A DNA stretch of 64,000 bases from Curvularia clavata (lineage: Eukaryota). Below are positions 26,266 to 38,777 of the stretch, piece by piece. The position numbers and the translations under genes are program-made. The stretch spans positions 4,588,001 to 4,652,000 of the forward strand of contig CP089275.1 in NCBI GenBank assembly GCA_023920165.1, in the 5' to 3' direction. Each line of letters starts with the position of its first letter. Within the stretch, counting starts at the first letter, position 1. The notes under the pieces were generated by a model. The model did no database searches. It was not told the origin of the DNA and saw nothing but the letters and a program-made list of their open reading frames with translations.

Positions 26266-28115
26266 ATGTCCTCCTCTTTGTCCCGTCCTTCACAGAGACC
26301 AGCATCCCGCGGGACCAGCGGAAGTTCATCTCAGGCTGTATCCTCTCCTCTATCGCCGAGTCGATACAATGGTCCGTCCATGATCAAAGATCCCAATTCC
26401 TTTGAGCTGCAAACAGTCTCCCCACACCGGGAACCCCTTTCGAAAGAAGAACTAGAAAATGACGAACAAGAGGGCCTGTTACCAAGTATGCGCCGTCCGT
26501 CGCTTGATTCCGTTCAAAGCTACGAGCTGTATACCCCAGATGAGGACCGGGCAGTCGTCAAGAAGCTTGATCGGAGGCTAGTAGTGTTCATGGCCTTCCT
26601 GTATATGTTGAGCTTCCTGGATCGGTCAAGTGAGTAGATCCTATATCTAGTGGCCACAGCCACTGTTGCTACCTCAGGTGCGCGTGCAATAGGAGGTGGA
26701 CGAGGCAATATCATCACACTGACCAAGAATGATAGATATTGGTAATGCGCGTATTGCTGGTCTGGCCGACGATCTGAACCTCAGCTCCGATCAGTACGAA
26801 TGGCTTTTGTGGGCATTTTACCTGCCCTACATTGCATTTGAATGGATGACACTCATGTTTGTATGATCTGCCAGAGATTCGAGTGTCGCTAAATATGGTT
26901 AGGTATAGCGTTGTGCCACCGCACATCTACATCGCTTTATGCGCTGCATCCTGGGGCCTCGCCGCGTCGTTCCAAGCCGTAATAAACTCCTTCGGGCTCC
27001 TCATCATACTACGAGCTTTACTCGGTGTCAGTGAGGCTGCGTTCGCCCCAGGGATACCGTTTTACCTCTCCTTCTTCTACCGTCGACATGAGCTCGCCTT
27101 TCGGACCGGAATCATCATTAGTGCAAGCCCACTTTCGGCATCGTTTGCTGGCGCCTTGGCCTATCTCATCACTAGGCTTGGAGAGCATAGCCCCTTCAGT
27201 CCATGGAGGCTATTGTTCTTAGTGGAAGGGTTCCCGTCAGTTCTGGTTGCTATCTGGGCATGGGACTTCATACCAGATGGTCCAGGCCTTGCAAAGTGGT
27301 TGAGTCCAAGACAGCGCGAGGTTGCAATGCTGAGGTTGCGATCTGAAAAGGAGGGAGAAGATCAAGACAGAGAGAACGAGAAGTACCAAGGCCCACCAAG
27401 TAAAAGGGGTGTTGATTTCCGCGAGGTGCTTCAGACTCTAAAGGATCCAAAGTGTTATCTGACCGCGCTCATGTTCTTTTCCTGCAACGTCGCGTTCAGT
27501 TCCATGCCGGTCTTCTTACCCACCGTCATCAAAAATATGGGCTGGGAGTCGATCACCGCACAAGGCTTGACAGCGCCTCCGTATTTATTCGCCTTCGTCA
27601 CAGTGCTCACAACCGCACATTACTCGGATCGCTTGCAGTCTCGCTCAACTTTCATCATGTTTCACTCCTTACTCGCCACGATTGGGTACAGCACGATAGC
27701 AATTTCTGGCTATCTCAAGTCCGACAACACAACGATCCGCTACATAGCCCTCTTTCCCGCTACGGCAGGCTTCTTTAGCGCAATCACGTGCATCATAACG
27801 TGGACGATCAACAACCAGGAGAGTGATAGTAAGAAGGGCACCGGAATGGCCATTTTAAATATTATTGGACAAACGGGACCACTGATTGGCACGAGCATCT
27901 TTCCCGACCGAGATGGCCCATACTATGCAAGAGGTATGAGTATATGTGCTGCATTTATGTTGCTTGTTGGAGTTTTAGCTGCGTTGCTGAGGTGGGTACT
28001 TATCAAAGACAATAGAAAGAGGAAAGAAAGCAGCAGCGCGGAATATGCTGGTGTGCCGTTGGATGAGGGTGAGAGCACGATGCCAAAGAGGGAAAGCTTC
28101 AGTTTCATGCTCTAA
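26266..28115 (+). CDS. MFS transporter, anion:cation symporter (Dal5/Tna1-like) family
   Basis: KKLDRRLV...LSFLDRS|NIGNARIAGL, EAAFAPGIPFYLSFFY, PWRLLFLVEG; two introns (~26630-26735, ~26857-26902). Confidence 0.9.
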
Positions 28116-28491
28116 GTATCTTCGTTTTAGTGGAACCTAGGTATTCAACCGGGCTAGTTCGATAGTTTCAAATATATAAGGTCTACGGAGTACCTCAGGT
28201 GCCGATGGGCGCATTGACGTACGCCAAGCTTACACGAGCCGGGACCTAGTGGGGAAAACAACACATCGGGACTCTTTCAGTCGGCGGAGCACTGCACCTG
28301 AATGGACATTCACCTAGCTCCCTTCTCGCTACGATTGGTCTGTGAACGAAACCTATATCTCTGAGTTGTGATTACGATGCATCATGCGCTCACATGACCG
28401 CTTTGAGTTTGCGACGAACACGACGTGACCACATGACAGCCATCTCTTTCGTTATACCGCTCCAAACTTGTCCGCCAACTAATCTCTTATC

Positions 28492-31400
28492 ATGGAGAGA
28501 TCCAAGTCAAGACTGGACTCACCCGAACGGGCCAGTTCAGTCACCTCGAGAGCAACAACATCACACGAAAGTATCAGCCCAGACAAGCTAGATGACATCG
28601 AGAAAGCTCCAACTGCCGTTGGAAGCCCGCAGATCTTGCCACTTGAACATGATCACAACTTCAAACCGGAAGCTGACTTGGAAAAACTGCCCGGCCACGG
28701 AAAGCCCCGAAGAGAATCTGCATCTACAAAGTTTGGCGGTGAGGAAGAGAACCCGAACGTGAATGTAGCATTCCAAGGACCATCGACACCCTCGACAGTA
28801 CATAAGATAAAGGGCGCGACGTATCAAAATGTGGGCGACGGCGGTATTAAGAGGATGCACAAATTCTCCCTATACGAAACCAGTACCCGCTTCTACCTCA
28901 TTGGTGCGGACATCACAGATAAGCAGTTTCGCGTGCTGAAGATCGATCGAACAGCTGCGCCGGGGCACCTGAATATCTTCGAGGATGATATAGTCTACAG
29001 CCGACGAGAAATGCACCAGCTTCTAGACACAATAGCTGACGGAAACAAGGCTACAGGAGGTATGAAGTTGAAATGCAGCACGTGGGGTTTGTTGGGCTTC
29101 ATCCGCTTCACCGAGGCCTACTACATGCTCTTGATATCTAAGAGGTCTCAAGTAGCTATGCTGGGTGGCCACTACATCTACCAGATCGATGGCACAGAGA
29201 TGATACCTTTGACGACGGGGTCCACGACCAGATACCAGAAAGATAGGAATCCAGAAGAGGCGAGATTTCTGTCAATCCTCAACAACATGGACCTTACGCG
29301 ATCGTTCTATTTCTCGTATTCCTACAACGTAACGAGGAGCCTGCAGCAGAACATCATACAGCAACGGACTGCGCTAAGCAAAGGTATTCCAACTCCAGGT
29401 CGCGACTATCAGGACATGTTCGTCTGGAATCATCACCTTCTCGACCCAGCACGTGATGCCCTGAAGAACATGTACGACTGGTGTCATCCAATCATACATG
29501 GCTATGTCGATCAAGCCTCTCTCGATGTGTTTGGTCGTCGGGTATACCTCACCATCATCGCCCGAAGATCCAGATTTTTTGCCGGAGCTCGATTTCTGAA
29601 GCGAGGAACAAATGATCTAGGTTATGTAGCAAACGACGTTGAGACCGAGCAGATTGTATCTGAACAAACCACAACATCCTTCCATGCACCTGGACCGAAG
29701 TTATACGCCAACCCCAGCTACACATCCTATGTTCAACATCGAGGCAGCATACCGCTATATTGGACGCAAGACAATACCGGTGTAACACCAAAGCCTGACA
29801 TTGATCTCAACCTTGTTGACCCCTTCTACAGTGCAGCAGCATTGCATTTTGACAATTTGTTTGAGCGATATGGAGCTCCTGTCTATGTTCTCAATTTGAT
29901 CAAGGCTCGAGAACGAACACCGAGAGAGTCTAAGCTGCTGCATGAATACAAACACGCTGTCGACTATCTCAACCAATCTCTGCCCAAAGACAAGAAGATC
30001 TTGTATGAGGCATTCGACATGTCCAGAGCAGCCAAGACGAGAGGACAGGACGTCATAGGCACTTTGGAAAACATTGCTGAGAGAGTGATGCGCAAAACAG
30101 GTTTCTTCCGGAATGGCGACAACGAGTCTGATGAGCCGCAAGTGCAAAACGGCGTTGCTAGAACAAATTGTATTGACTGTCTAGATCGGACTAACGCAGC
30201 GCAATTCGTTATCGGAAAGCGTGCTCTCGGCCGCCAGTTACAGGCGCTGGGTGTCATTTCTGGGAACACTGTGGAATACGATTCCGACTGTGTGGAACTA
30301 TTCACGCAGATGTTTCACGGCCATGGTGACACTATTGCAATCCAGTATGGCGGGTCTCATCTGGTCAATACCATGGCTACGTACCGGAAGATCAATCAGT
30401 GGCAAAGCAGCTCGCGCGACATGGTGGAAAGCTTCAAGCGATACTACCACAACTCCTTTCTCGACTCACAACGTCAAGAAGCCTATAATCTGTTCCTGGG
30501 ATACTACACCTATTCGCATGGCCAGCCAATGCTGTGGGACCTGTCGACTGATTACTATCTTCACCACCAGAGCCCTAAGACAGTGCTTGAGCGAAACAGG
30601 AGAGACTATATCCACTGGTACACTCTTGCACATCTTCAGCAACGTTCGTTGCCACCTGCAATCATGCCAGTGCGACCGATGCAAGAAACTGCTTTTGACT
30701 TTGTCAGCTTTCGTGACGACTATTGGCTCGAATACTATCGGCCCCTAGCTATCTCTTCTTACCTCAAGATCTTTGCCTTTCGACTAGCTAAACCAAGACC
30801 TGGGCGCGACGGAACATATCCATCGAGGAAAGAAAACATGTCCCCATTCGTGCCTCGCAAGAAGCAACAGGAACTAGACGCTCAAGGAAGAGATGAAAAG
30901 AAAGGGCTACGAAAAGGTGTCACTATCATTGACCCATCGAGTGAAACTGAATCAAGGCCCAACCGCGTCCCAGCTCCGCGTGGGCGGAACTTGCATCCCA
31001 ATATACCCCATGGAGATCAGCCAGCGAGGCAGTCCATTTTGCGGGACCCTCACTTTGAAACCCAGATGTCGGGTTCCACAACATCAGCCTACCAATCAAT
31101 GAACAACTCGTCATCAACATCCACTGGCCTATCGTCGACACTGAAACCAGGCTTCAAGCCGGCCGACAAGGCGCTAGTCCATCAGTGGACTTTGCGGCAG
31201 TTCTACGAAAACAGCATGAACCCTTCGGTTGCACCTAGCGAAGAAGATGAATACTCGCGCTACATTGAACACCCACTAAACCTCCCCCTGGTCGTCAGCA
31301 GCGAAATGCCCAGCGCCGACGATCCAATTGCAATGGAATATTACGACTACCTCTCCGTAACCGAAGGCAGTGTTCCAGCGCCCAAGGACTTTGACGAAGA

Positions 31401-31842
31401 CGGCATCCAAATCACGCTGTCGGACCAGCCTCGACTCGACACAGACGCCGCGTCCATCCGCTCTTTTGCCTCACACCTCGCTCGACCCATGACTTCGCAA
31501 TCCGTCAGCACGCCCTTTTCCCATGCGCCTTCGTATTCGTACCCCCAAACATACAATCACTATCCGCACGTATACAATGACTTCCCATCGCAGTCACAGC
31601 ATCACAATCACTACCAGCCTCACCACTATCCCCAGGCATCCGGCACAAAGTTCCAGACGCCAGAAGAGGATATCGAAGAGTTTGAAGAATTCTTGAGGGT
31701 TAAGGAGAATCCATTAGATGTTGAGGATGAGGACACGAGCAAGAAGCGGTATAAGGCGTATCGACAGTGGTTGAGGGGCAAGAGCTTTTTCAAGCAGAGC
31801 AAGGTGGATCCGGAGTGGCAGAATCAGTTGCCTATGAGATGA
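28492..31842 (+). CDS. FIG4: PI(3,5)P2 5-phosphatase Fig4/Sac3 (Sac domain)
   Basis: Intronless 1116-aa ORF; RRSRFFAGARFLKRG, VANDVETEQI, catalytic RTNCIDCLDRTN. Confidence 0.95.
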   Translation: MERSKSRLDSPERASSVTSRATTSHESISPDKLDDIEKAPTAVGSPQILPLEHDHNFKPEADLEKLPGHGKPRRESASTKFGGEEENPNVNVAFQGPSTPSTVHKIKGATYQNVGDGGIKRMHKFSLYETSTRFYLIGADITDKQFRVLKIDRTAAPGHLNIFEDDIVYSRREMHQLLDTIADGNKATGGMKLKCSTWGLLGFIRFTEAYYMLLISKRSQVAMLGGHYIYQIDGTEMIPLTTGSTTRYQKDRNPEEARFLSILNNMDLTRSFYFSYSYNVTRSLQQNIIQQRTALSKGIPTPGRDYQDMFVWNHHLLDPARDALKNMYDWCHPIIHGYVDQASLDVFGRRVYLTIIARRSRFFAGARFLKRGTNDLGYVANDVETEQIVSEQTTTSFHAPGPKLYANPSYTSYVQHRGSIPLYWTQDNTGVTPKPDIDLNLVDPFYSAAALHFDNLFERYGAPVYVLNLIKARERTPRESKLLHEYKHAVDYLNQSLPKDKKILYEAFDMSRAAKTRGQDVIGTLENIAERVMRKTGFFRNGDNESDEPQVQNGVARTNCIDCLDRTNAAQFVIGKRALGRQLQALGVISGNTVEYDSDCVELFTQMFHGHGDTIAIQYGGSHLVNTMATYRKINQWQSSSRDMVESFKRYYHNSFLDSQRQEAYNLFLGYYTYSHGQPMLWDLSTDYYLHHQSPKTVLERNRRDYIHWYTLAHLQQRSLPPAIMPVRPMQETAFDFVSFRDDYWLEYYRPLAISSYLKIFAFRLAKPRPGRDGTYPSRKENMSPFVPRKKQQELDAQGRDEKKGLRKGVTIIDPSSETESRPNRVPAPRGRNLHPNIPHGDQPARQSILRDPHFETQMSGSTTSAYQSMNNSSSTSTGLSSTLKPGFKPADKALVHQWTLRQFYENSMNPSVAPSEEDEYSRYIEHPLNLPLVVSSEMPSADDPIAMEYYDYLSVTEGSVPAPKDFDEDGIQITLSDQPRLDTDAASIRSFASHLARPMTSQSVSTPFSHAPSYSYPQTYNHYPHVYNDFPSQSQHHNHYQPHHYPQASGTKFQTPEEDIEEFEEFLRVKENPLDVEDEDTSKKRYKAYRQWLRGKSFFKQSKVDPEWQNQLPMR

Positions 31843-32095
31843 TGAGGTTGAACAAGGGAAGGTGTATGCTGTTGATCCTTTTTCTCTCTTCTTTGTCTGG
31901 GAAGAGGAAAAAAAAGGGGGGGTTGGAGGTATTCAAGGTATCGTGTGCTGTTACATATGTTGGTAACTTTGTGAATAAAGAGAGAAGGCTATACCAAAGT
32001 AACCAAACAGCCCTACATTTGGCCAGTTGTCAACATCCCGCGTGTAGCAATACATCAAAGGGTCTCTATAAATATCTCTCCTCCACATAACTCTG

Positions 32096-33726
32096 TTATG
32101 CCATCTCGTCCGTCATGGCCGCCAGCACTCCAGCGCCAATGATGCCGCCATCCTTTGCCTCCTTGAGCGTGACTTGCTTTGATGCATTCGCCGCCGAGCC
32201 CTCCTCTACCAAGATATCGATCCATTGCTGACATGTCTGGAGCCACTTTGGATACTGAGAAATGGTGCCGCCGGCATATGCTATAACGAGCTCCTCAATC
32301 TCACGCTTCCCCTTGGTATGCGTACCATTACTGGGCGCCTTTGCCCCATCCAGGGCCACTTCGCCCACACAGTTGAGCAGTCCTACACATGCGGCGGCGA
32401 CCAGAGCCGAGGAGCGCTGTTGCACTGCTTCAGCGATATCGCGGATCATTTCGACCCTGTCGACGGTCCAGAACGGGTCTTGAGACTGGCTCGGTTCCGG
32501 GTACTTGGTTTCCAGCTCTTGTTGCACGATGCGACCTCCCTTCCGCGCAATGACTTCTGACAGGAACCTGGTCGGTAGCGTGTTCCTGGATAGTAATGAT
32601 GAAGGGATTTGCACGTCTTTTTCCTTGGAGACTACGTCAACGAATATCAGTCTCACAATTTCGCCAAGGTATCGGCCAGAAGTCATGTACTCGAAAGGCT
32701 GGAATCCAGGTGCATCGCTGTTGGCGTCAAGCGTCATGTCCCAGGGGGTTTTGATGTTAAGATGGATCAGGGGCTTATCAGTGCCGCGAATGGTCCACTC
32801 GGTGTTAATGACGACCGTCTCGACTGCATCGGGATTGGCCAAGGCAGACTTTTTGGCGGGGTGCAGGCGATCCAGCTTCATTGGTACGGTAGCATTGGTG
32901 CCGGTGCCAACAATCAAGCCCATTGCCACACGGCTATTAGGTGATGCTTTGACTGCGTAGGCGAGGGATGCAAAGGTGGCTACTGTGTCGTTGGTGATGG
33001 CAGCTACTTTAATTCTTGGTAATGGTGGCTTATTCGGGTCGGAAGCTTGACAGTGGCGGGCGTAGCCCGCAAGAAGCATCTTTCCCAGGTTCAAGTCGGA
33101 CGTAATGGCGAAACCCTTACCCATTGGCAGCAGAGTGGCTTCCGACAGACGGGTCTGGCTAACGGGGATGTCAGCGCAGCACTGTGGGTGGTGTAAGATT
33201 GGTCTGGAACTTACGCCATTGGAAAGCTAAAGGTGATACCAAGAAGGATTTCGTCACCCAATGGCGACGTTGGATGATTACCATTTTGCTGCTGTTCGTC
33301 GAGAGCCCCCTTTACGACCTCTGCGATGCAGTCGCCGATCCAGGCAAAGAGGTCTTCGGCTTGATCCATTTTCAGGTGGTCGCCAATGGGCCAGTTCTTG
33401 TCATGGCTTCTGTTGATCTGAGCAAAGACATTTTCGCCAATGGTACTGCTTCGTTCACGCTCATGTTCCGCAGTGCCATCTGGCTCTCCGATTAGCTCAA
33501 CAAAGCCTACTCTTAGGTTGGTGCCACCAACATCGATGCTCAAGAATTTGCCCTTCTCTTTTCCCGTGGGTAGGGCAGTGACGGGGGTGGCGAGGAAGTG
33601 CTCTGTCGAGGACCTGGCGAGGTGGGCGTAGGTTTCGGAGAAGCGACGGGCCAGGTCGAGCAGAGTGTGTGGGTTGATGAAGGAGGTAAACGCTTCAATG
33701 GCCGATGCAGCATCGCTTGAGGCCAT
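32096..33726 (-). CDS. Atypical hexokinase-family protein (HxkC/HxkD/GlcNAc-kinase-like)
   Basis: IDVGGTNLRV, GITFSFP, MGKGF, NDTVAT, GLIVGTGTNA, INTEW, FEYMTSGRYLGE, DGGIIGAG; one intron ~33159-33214. Confidence 0.9.
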
Positions 33727-34270
33727 TCTGAGCTTATGCTAGGAGCGGGAAGGCGAGGTTGGCGAGAATGCAGGGCTACGCGCATGGACCAAGGAAATAT
33801 ACGATGACTGGGGCAGCCTCGCGGGCGCGGGCAGGACAGGAACCGTACGATGTCTAAACGGGGGGGTATCAGGACAAGAGCCGGCGAAGTGACTCGTTCA
33901 TGGTGAGCGAGCGTAAGAAGAAAAACAAGCGGCCGCACGAGGATTGCGTGCCCTGTCCAAGGTGCGTCGAGTGGTTGTGAGGCAGGATGCCGTAAGTAGA
34001 GCCCCTCCGGCCTTGGGGTCCACCAGCCTGGGCTTGGAGAAGAGACGTGGATGCCACACAGCCGCAGCGCCACGGCCAATTGTTGTGCCGCTCGCGCTCC
34101 CGACTCGGAGTTTGCCGTCTCTCCAGGTACTTGTACTGGACGGCAGTGAAGAGGAGGCTGCGCTGCGCCTTGGATCCATCGCCGTCGTATCAGTGCACCA
34201 CGACGGGCGGCGACGCCTAGATTCACCCTCGGACCCTAGCTGGTGGATGGCGCTATCCACGACATCCACC

Positions 34271-34299
34271 CATCACATCATCACATCACATCACATCAC
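34271..34299. repeat. (CACAT)n-like microsatellite
   Basis: catcacatcatcacatcacatcacatcac in the hexokinase/GILT intergenic region. Confidence 0.75.
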
Positions 34300-34398
34300 G
34301 TCGCATAACACAAGCTGCCGCCTCTGCAGCCACACCCTCCTTCGCTAATCTATACCATCAACATCCCAGCCCACTACAAAAGCCCGCCGCACACTACA

Positions 34399-35219
34399 AT
34401 GGAAGAGAAGACGCCCCTCGTCTCCAGTTACCTCCCGGCTGCTGGTGCTCCCACCCACGACCCCATGGCTTCGCCCAGCTCCCGCACAAAGAGCCGCCTG
34501 CACATGGCCGTGGCCATTCTGTTCCTAAGCTTGTTCTGGCTCGCGACGACGTGGTCCTGCAACGCCGACCACGACCATAGCCACGACGTCGCAAAGGTGC
34601 CCATGGACGTCCACATCATGTCAAAGTGCCCAGACGCGCGCGAGTGCTTGAACAAGCTCGTGCTGCCAACCATGGCAAACGTGTCGGACAAGGTCGACTT
34701 TCGTCTGAGCATGATTGGAACGTACGTCTTGCCATCCACCAGCAAACACATGGGCCATGCTGACCACCACCTAGCCTGACTGAAGACGACGGCGTGCTGT
34801 GCAAGCACGGCCAGACCGAGTGCCTCGGCGACATCGTCATGCTGTGTGCTGCATCCTCGTACCCCGACCCCAAGCTCTACCTCGGATTCACAAACTGCCT
34901 CATCACCGATTATCCAGAGATACCATCGCGATCCCTCATTGAAGACTGCGCCCTGGAACACGGTCTCGACTTTGGTGTGCTCAACGAATGCATGAGCAAG
35001 GAGAATGGCGCATACGGCATGGGTCTGCTCAGAGACAGCGCAAAGCATAGCAGTGATGTGGGCGTCACGACAAGCTGCACCGTCAGGCTAAATGACAAGG
35101 TGAGGTGTGTAGTCGACGGGGGGGTGTTTGTCGACTGCCAAGGCGGAGATCAGCCTGAGGACTTGATCCGCGATATCGAGTCGCTCTACAAGGAGGCGCA
35201 GGGCTGGACGTATTCTTGA
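34399..35219 (+). CDS. GILT-family (gamma-interferon-inducible lysosomal thiol reductase-like) protein with N-terminal membrane anchor
   Basis: HIMSKCPDARECL, CKHGQTECLGD, SCTVRLN; one intron ~34722-34774. Confidence 0.85.
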
Positions 35220-35555
35220 GAAACAAGATGGGACCTGTTTTGTCGTGACTTGCTTTTTGTTTTGTTTCGGTTGCTTCAGAGGCGTTTCTTGTTTGGCGCC
35301 TTGGTCGACTGGCAACTGATGATACCCAGCCCTGTAGCATGCACATTGGCCATCTGACGACACTCATTCATGCGTACATGCAAAAACACCCACTCTTGAC
35401 TCTTGATGTTGAATTGCCTCCGAACGCGCCTGTCATGCAAGTCAACGACGCAGTAGACAGATGCAAAGTATAAAAACGCCTTGCTAAAGATACAAAAAAG
35501 GGTAGACAGACGCTTCCTTCCCCCTTTTGGTGACGAATAGACGCTCCTAACAGTC

Positions 35556-36446
35556 TCATTGGAACTCGCCAAACTCGCCATCATCAAATCCCAAGTCCTC
35601 TGCCGTCTGCTTAGGCGGCAAACTCGCAGCATCAAACGTCTGTCTGCTCCGCCTCCTCTCCTCCTTGACGCTCTTCGCACTTGGCGGAGGGGGCAAAAAA
35701 GCGCCTCCAGGCCCGCTTCCCGGCGGAGGCTTTATACTGAACAGCGCATCCTGCTCGCTTTTCTGCGCACCATCACTCTTATCACTCTCATGACTCCGCG
35801 ACCTGCGCCCCTTGAGTCCCCCAAGGTTAATCGATATTGTTTCTCCCGCCTTGAGACTGAAATCGCGCTTTGCGTCTTCGGAAACAGTGTGTGATGCCGT
35901 TTTTGAGGAGCGTGACGACGATGACGACGACGATGTATTGTTGTTGTTGTTGGAGTTTTTGTCAAAGCCCAGTACCCGCCGGGCATCTTGTAGGGCAATG
36001 GAGAAGTCAAAGGCCTCGCTGCGCTCTTCGAAGCCCATGCCCAGCACCGCTTTGCGGCCTTCGCCTACAACCGTAATGGCGAAGAAGCGGCTGCTGTCGA
36101 GCGCTTGCTCAACTGTGCGCTCGCTGGTGTAGGGGGCTGCGGCGAAGAGATCGCCCGTTTTGGCGTCTTCGAGCAGAATCGTGGTTGTGACTTTTTCGTC
36201 TTCTTCGCCACCACCCCCACCACCCCCTTCCTCCTCTGATGTGTTCGGTATCGATGTCTCAACGATGCGTAACCGCGCGGTGAAGATCTGTAGCTGATTG
36301 TTGTTGGCGGTCCACGTAGACGCTTGGTAGCCTTTGGTCGTCGTCGCAGGCGGAATCTGGTATATGTGCACTTTGGGCGCGATATATAGGATGCGCTGGA
36401 TCGCAGTTGAAGGCAACGGTGCGCCAGTCAGCGGGTCGACGTTCAT
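35556..36446 (-). CDS. NECAP-like adaptin ear-binding protein (PHear domain)
   Basis: VHIYQIPP, LLEDAKTGDLFAAAPY, VEQALDSSRFFAI, LGMGFEERSEAFDF, LKAGETISIN, C-terminal FDDGEFGEFQ. Confidence 0.92.
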   Translation of the reverse strand: MNVDPLTGAPLPSTAIQRILYIAPKVHIYQIPPATTTKGYQASTWTANNNQLQIFTARLRIVETSIPNTSEEEGGGGGGGEEDEKVTTTILLEDAKTGDLFAAAPYTSERTVEQALDSSRFFAITVVGEGRKAVLGMGFEERSEAFDFSIALQDARRVLGFDKNSNNNNNTSSSSSSSRSSKTASHTVSEDAKRDFSLKAGETISINLGGLKGRRSRSHESDKSDGAQKSEQDALFSIKPPPGSGPGGAFLPPPPSAKSVKEERRRSRQTFDAASLPPKQTAEDLGFDDGEFGEFQ

Positions 36447-37420
36447 GATTGGGAGGAATGGGGTTGCGAGTTGGGGTAAGGTGTTTGCAAGGAGCGCTCT
36501 CCTTTATGATCAAGGGTTGAAACGTGTGGTTGAAAAGGAAATCTTGATGTCTTTTTTCTCTGTCTCTTCTCTCTTTTGCTCTTTCTCTCCGTCTTTCAGG
36601 CGTCTGGTGGTTGGGAAACAAATGCTGCGAATATCGATATTGATGCCCAATAAGACTTGCAATTCTGCTGGAGGACCCTGGAAACGGCGTCGCGGGACTA
36701 TGATCTTAGTGGGGTAAGTGGTAAGGGCTCCTTGCCCGCGAATCGCAAACTACCCAACAAGCACGAATGCAGACGGTCCAATAGTCTATGTAATCGAGTA
36801 TGAGATGGGCTTGCCGTCTCAGACGCTTCTTGGGAACCGGGCGTCATCTGAGGGTATTGGTGCACATGATTGCCTCTGGTGCTTTCTTCAGCGGTGATGC
36901 GTTGGCACTGCAGGGTATCCGCGCCCTTGGACAAGACACCCCGCCCATTCATCGTCGTTGCGGGACGAATGCAGCCCAGGTATGGTGACTGTTTAGCGCT
37001 GTGGGACATGTCGAATCGTCGCTTGTTCTGCTCCCTTGGGACCATCCGAGCTTCGTTCGGGCATTGATATAGCACCATTTTTACTCCAAAACTAAGGCGG
37101 TTGCCTACCATATTAGACAAAAATAGTAATACTAGTCGCCTCGAGCTTTCGTGAGAGCCCCACTATCACCGCTCTTGTGATGCACTGTGGACAGCCATGT
37201 CGTTTCGTAGAGCTGTTAATGGAGCAAAATTACCACATCTGTGCGGTCAAGAACTATATGTGAACTACCAGGTTCAGCCCTGTTCAAGATTTGAAGTGAG
37301 GCGTCACGCTATGTCAACTGTAAATGCCAAGTATGCTCCATTTTGTATCTCAATAGTAATTCCTTATCTACTAAGCACAAATATTTACAAGAATGGTGAA
37401 AAGGCTACCAGTCTGACCGT

Positions 37421-38777
37421 CTAAATATACGTGTAGCAGAAAGGTCCGCCCATTGTGCTCATCGCCTCAGCAATGGTAATGTCCTGAGGATAAGCATAGC
37501 CAAGCGTCATCTTGTCGGTGAGCTTAGTCGCGGGTGCAGTGGGGTCAGAAATGACAGTAGTTCCGTAGATGGCGTTGGTGCGCTCGGCGGGGTTGATGTT
37601 TTGCCAGGTCCACCAGACACGGTCAATCTGCGAGTGGTGCAGGAAAAAATATGGGTCGCCTGACATACATTAGTTGATTGCGACCATGAGGGAACACGGC
37701 AAGAAAACGTACCAGGGGATGTGAAAAAGTCAGAACCGGGGTCACCGCTGATCGTGAAGTGACCAGCCGTGTGTACACCCATGAAGTTGTTCTCGAAAGA
37801 TGGGTCGCCGCCTTGCATGTCGGACCAGAAAGTCTTCATGTCGGGGCTGTTGAGCAGCTTAACAACCATCTCATCGTTTGTCCACTGGCTGGAGGTCCAA
37901 GATGAAATATCGCGTTTGAGACAGCGAGGGTTGTATCCAAGACCCACGTTGGGATCCGTGAAATTAGTAATTGGGTTGGGAGGCACGCAGAGCGAGTCAG
38001 TGAAGACGGGACCGAGATTTACAGGCCAATCTTTGAAGGGACCAGAAGACACACAGCCTCCACCAGGACCCTTGGGAATCTTGATCTTAGGCTCAGCGTT
38101 GGTGGGAATTCCGTAAAAGGTTTGGTTGGAGCATCCAGCAACACCATTGCCTCCCAGGGACAACTCAGAACCGTCCAGAGCTGGGCTTTTCATAGGATCG
38201 TCTGCCCATCGGGGCCAGTTGTAGTATGGGTGGTAGCCCTTGTAGCCACACTCGTTTCGCAGTGTTTGTTCGTAGGCCCAGGTGTAGTAGCGGTGCCATG
38301 GAAGGAAGTTTCCAGTGTTGTGAACAGAGAATGTCTGCTTGATATGAGCAGCGACGAAGTCGTCGTAGCGGTTCTGGCAGCCCGGGCACTCGGACTTTGG
38401 CGTCTTTGGAGGTGCCTTGGACATGCATTTGACAGCTTCAATATAATTCTTCTTCTCAGACTTGGTGAAAGTCGCCCTGAGTATGTCAGTATGCAGCTCT
38501 GGGCACTTTTCTGTGGTACATACCATTCCTTGCGAACGACAATGTTCAATGGGTTGCATTTCTTGAACTGATCGCTCTTCTGTGTAGCCTGGTAGATTTG
38601 CTGGTTGATGGCAGCAATTCCAGCGTACACATCAGCCTGGAGAACCTTTCCACCAAGGATGTTCGGTGAAACATCCTGTCTTTTGTCGAACGAGACAGCA
38701 GGAGAAGATTCTTCGAGGGCGGGTATGGCGCCGGCTAGTGCCGCAGGCGCAAGCCAAAGGAGTGCAGCTGTACGCAT
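37421..38777 (-). CDS. Secreted short tyrosinase / polyphenol oxidase (type-3 dicopper)
   Basis: Introns 38477-38523 and 37660-37712; signal peptide and a KR site; CuA HIKQTFSVH..FLPWHR; CuB VHTAGH..SPGDPYFFLHHSQIDR; ends at the FCYTY motif with no C-terminal shielding domain. Confidence 0.92.
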
